A stretch of DNA of 64,000 nt from positions 177,427-241,426 of IMG/VR virus record IMGVR_UViG_3300007352_000001. One strand, 5' to 3'. The position numbers and the translations under genes were made by a program. Position 1 is the stretch's first letter; each line of letters starts with the position of its first letter. The notes beneath the pieces were generated by a model that worked only from the letters and a program-made list of their open reading frames with translations, had not been told where the DNA came from and made no database searches. This document shows, in pieces, positions 61,854 to 64,000 of the stretch.

Positions 61854-62317
61854 TGGCGTGCTCTTGGTGTCCGAATCCGATGGCTCAGACGACCCCGCTG
61901 ATTGTCACCGATCGCGGCGCTGAGGCCTCTGGTCGGAAGACCGGTGACACGGTCAATCTCTGCCCTGCGTGCGCGACGAGCGCATTGCGCCGTCGGCACG
62001 CGAAGGCGGCAACCAAGCCGCGGGAACAGATCGAGGCAGTCGCCCGCGGCATGCGGCCGGCTGACGTCCTCGCCGAGAATGATCCGAACGACGACTTTGT
62101 CGCGGACACCGACGGCTCGCCGCTGCGGATCCCACCCAAGGGTCATCCCGATCGGTGCCCGGACTGCGGTGGCAGCCGTGCGCTGCGCGTCGGGTACACG
62201 TGGTGCGGGGCGATCCCGAACACGCCGTGCAACATCCCCGGCGGCGGGGAGCCGCACCAAGACGATCTGATCAACGCGAAGATCAAAGCCCATCCGTACC
62301 GCTACCGGCGCCGCTGA
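61853..62317 (+). CDS. zinc-finger hypothetical protein
   Basis: CSWC, CPAC, CPDC. Confidence 0.6.
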   Translation: MACSWCPNPMAQTTPLIVTDRGAEASGRKTGDTVNLCPACATSALRRRHAKAATKPREQIEAVARGMRPADVLAENDPNDDFVADTDGSPLRIPPKGHPDRCPDCGGSRALRVGYTWCGAIPNTPCNIPGGGEPHQDDLINAKIKAHPYRYRRR

Positions 62318-63438
62318 TGGCTGAGTGGCACAAGCGCGGCTGGCTCGCTCCGTCGGGCACGCTGCACTCGATCGCAGCCGAAGGGACGCACACCGACTGG
62401 TTGCTCGCGCACCCGGAACACTGGGAGCCGGGCAAGCACCAGGAGGCGGTCGACCGCATCAACAAGGGCGAAGGCAAGCACTACGCGGTCCGCGACGCCA
62501 ATGCCCGCCTGCTGCGCCACGGGTGGGTGCGCCAGGCGGGCCGCGGCATGTACGAGCTGAGCGACCGTCGCCATCTGCGCCGCGTCCTCGACCACGTCAT
62601 GACGAACTACCCCGACATTGACCGGGTCACCGTCGACATCGGGGTGGACAAGCCGACCACGCACACGATCTCGGTGCACGAGGAGACGATTCCACTGGGG
62701 CAGTGCTACTCGTGGGCGACCAAGAATGCGCGCGAGGGAGACACCGTCGTGCACGGCACGGTGCAGCATCCATGGGACGGGCACAGCTTCTCGCACGCTT
62801 GGATCGAGCGAGGCGATCGCGTGCACGACTTTCAGACCTCGATCGGCCTCGGACCGGGCAAGCAGGGTTGGACGCGAGCAGCCTTCCAGGACGCCTACAC
62901 GCCGTCCCAGACGCGTCGTTATGCGCCGCACGAGGCCAAGGCCCACATGCTGCGCCATGGTCACCACGGGCCATGGGAGTGGGTGGAACGCGTGCTTGCT
63001 GGGGAGCGGCCTGCAGATGTCATCAACGAGGCCGTAGGCTTGGTGCGCAAAAGCACTCAAGACTTCCTCTTGAACGATCCTGATGGCGGCGAGACCGACG
63101 CCGAGATGTATAACTTCGGGCGTGGGCGGGAACGCTACCGGCCTCGTCACGGCAAGGTGCACGAGTTCGACATTGTCCATCGCCAGCATGGGCGGGTCGG
63201 TACGATGCACGTGGCGCACACCGATCGAACGCAGCGGACGCTCTACGTACCGTGGATCGAGATTGAGCCCGCTCATGAGCGGGCTGTGAACCCGATGAGT
63301 CTGCGCACGTCGCTGCAGGCGCACTTTCCTCGTGCGCGTGAAGTGCGCGGCTGGCGCATCACTGGCCGCAGGCCAGGCGTCCGTTCGTACACGCTGCCGC
63401 CGCCTCGCAGCAACCCGCGACAAGGAAAGCTGTTCTGA
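62317..63438 (+). CDS. modular protein with central Cys-His-Asp (transglutaminase-like) domain
   Basis: GQCY...VVHG...HAWIE....V.D; junctions VHE/E and INE/A. Confidence 0.65.
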   Translation: MAEWHKRGWLAPSGTLHSIAAEGTHTDWLLAHPEHWEPGKHQEAVDRINKGEGKHYAVRDANARLLRHGWVRQAGRGMYELSDRRHLRRVLDHVMTNYPDIDRVTVDIGVDKPTTHTISVHEETIPLGQCYSWATKNAREGDTVVHGTVQHPWDGHSFSHAWIERGDRVHDFQTSIGLGPGKQGWTRAAFQDAYTPSQTRRYAPHEAKAHMLRHGHHGPWEWVERVLAGERPADVINEAVGLVRKSTQDFLLNDPDGGETDAEMYNFGRGRERYRPRHGKVHEFDIVHRQHGRVGTMHVAHTDRTQRTLYVPWIEIEPAHERAVNPMSLRTSLQAHFPRAREVRGWRITGRRPGVRSYTLPPPRSNPRQGKLF

Positions 63439-64000
63439 TGACGATCACGGCGTACGTTGAGTCGCTCATGGGCGGCACCAAGCCGCGGACGGTCATCGAG
63501 CAGATGGTCGCCGGCCTGCGCCCTGGGCAGCATCTTCACCCGAACCAATACCCGTGGCACGACGGGCACACGCGCTACGGCCGTGGGCAGCTGCTCGAAG
63601 ACGAGCACGAGTGGAACGACCAGGCGGTGAAGGGGAGGGTTGCCGGCTATCACGACATCGCGCGCCACTTTGGACACGTGGTGCCGAACGCGGGCGCGGA
63701 CCTGAAGCACTACGACTACCGCGCCGAGCATGCCGAGAAGATCGACCGCACGCTGACAGGCCACGGCTACACCGCCTACTACGCAGGCGGGAAGTACGGA
63801 CAGCCAGCCCTGCACACCAAGAACTACGACTCGGGCCACCTCATGATCTGGAACCCAGACGAGGGCTCGGGCGGGGACTTCGGCCACCGCGCGTACACTG
63901 ACGCCTGGCGCAAGATGCACGAGCTGGCGCACGCGATCACCAAGCCGATCGTCAACGCGAAGTACGGCGAGGCGCAGCGCATCGGCAAGCTCGGCCACCA
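63438..64000 (+). CDS. protein with HExxH zinc-metallopeptidase motif, 3' end beyond window
   Basis: TGATG coupling; MTITAYVESLMGGTKPRTVIE...KMHELAHA; open to window end. Confidence 0.65.
   Translation, partial: MTITAYVESLMGGTKPRTVIEQMVAGLRPGQHLHPNQYPWHDGHTRYGRGQLLEDEHEWNDQAVKGRVAGYHDIARHFGHVVPNAGADLKHYDYRAEHAEKIDRTLTGHGYTAYYAGGKYGQPALHTKNYDSGHLMIWNPDEGSGGDFGHRAYTDAWRKMHELAHAITKPIVNAKYGEAQRIGKLGH

Noticed and set aside
1-64000. Alternative genetic code (stop-codon reassignment)
   Set aside because: Known genes are full length in code 11, TGA, TAG and TAA all end genes at sensible positions, and no suppressor tRNA is seen.

Overview
This is a gene-dense, GC-rich segment of a large (jumbo-type) bacteriophage genome. 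It shows long runs of short, translationally coupled ORFs (ATGA/TGATG overlaps) and no host housekeeping operons. Recognisable genes: Mom-family DNA-modification enzyme, XRE regulator, SAH/MESH1-like HD hydrolase, RecD/Pif1-like helicase, SbcC/Rad50 split around SbcD/Mre11, MuF-like protein, tubulin/FtsZ-family GTPase, Fpg/Nei-like glycosylase, MazG-like protein, ArdC, DUF4326-SLOG fusion, DEDDh exonuclease, ThyX, GNAT, KTSC protein, SAM methyltransferase, GH24 lysozyme and five tRNAs. The most striking unexplained structures are: (1) nine copies of a sigma54-like (-24/-12) promoter element, mostly abutting an ATG (near-leaderless), in front of genes including likely anti-defence genes; (2) a coupled array of seven paralogous, signal-peptide-bearing, Cys-rich proteins ending in Tyr, followed by a dockerin-like protein; (3) three adjacent ORFs sharing an HLQxGQxGYASR peptide; (4) modular proteins with a shared helix motif ending at putative xxE prohead-protease sites; (5) atypical tRNAs and several structured intergenic regions. 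All calls come from reading the sequence by eye. No database searches were run.
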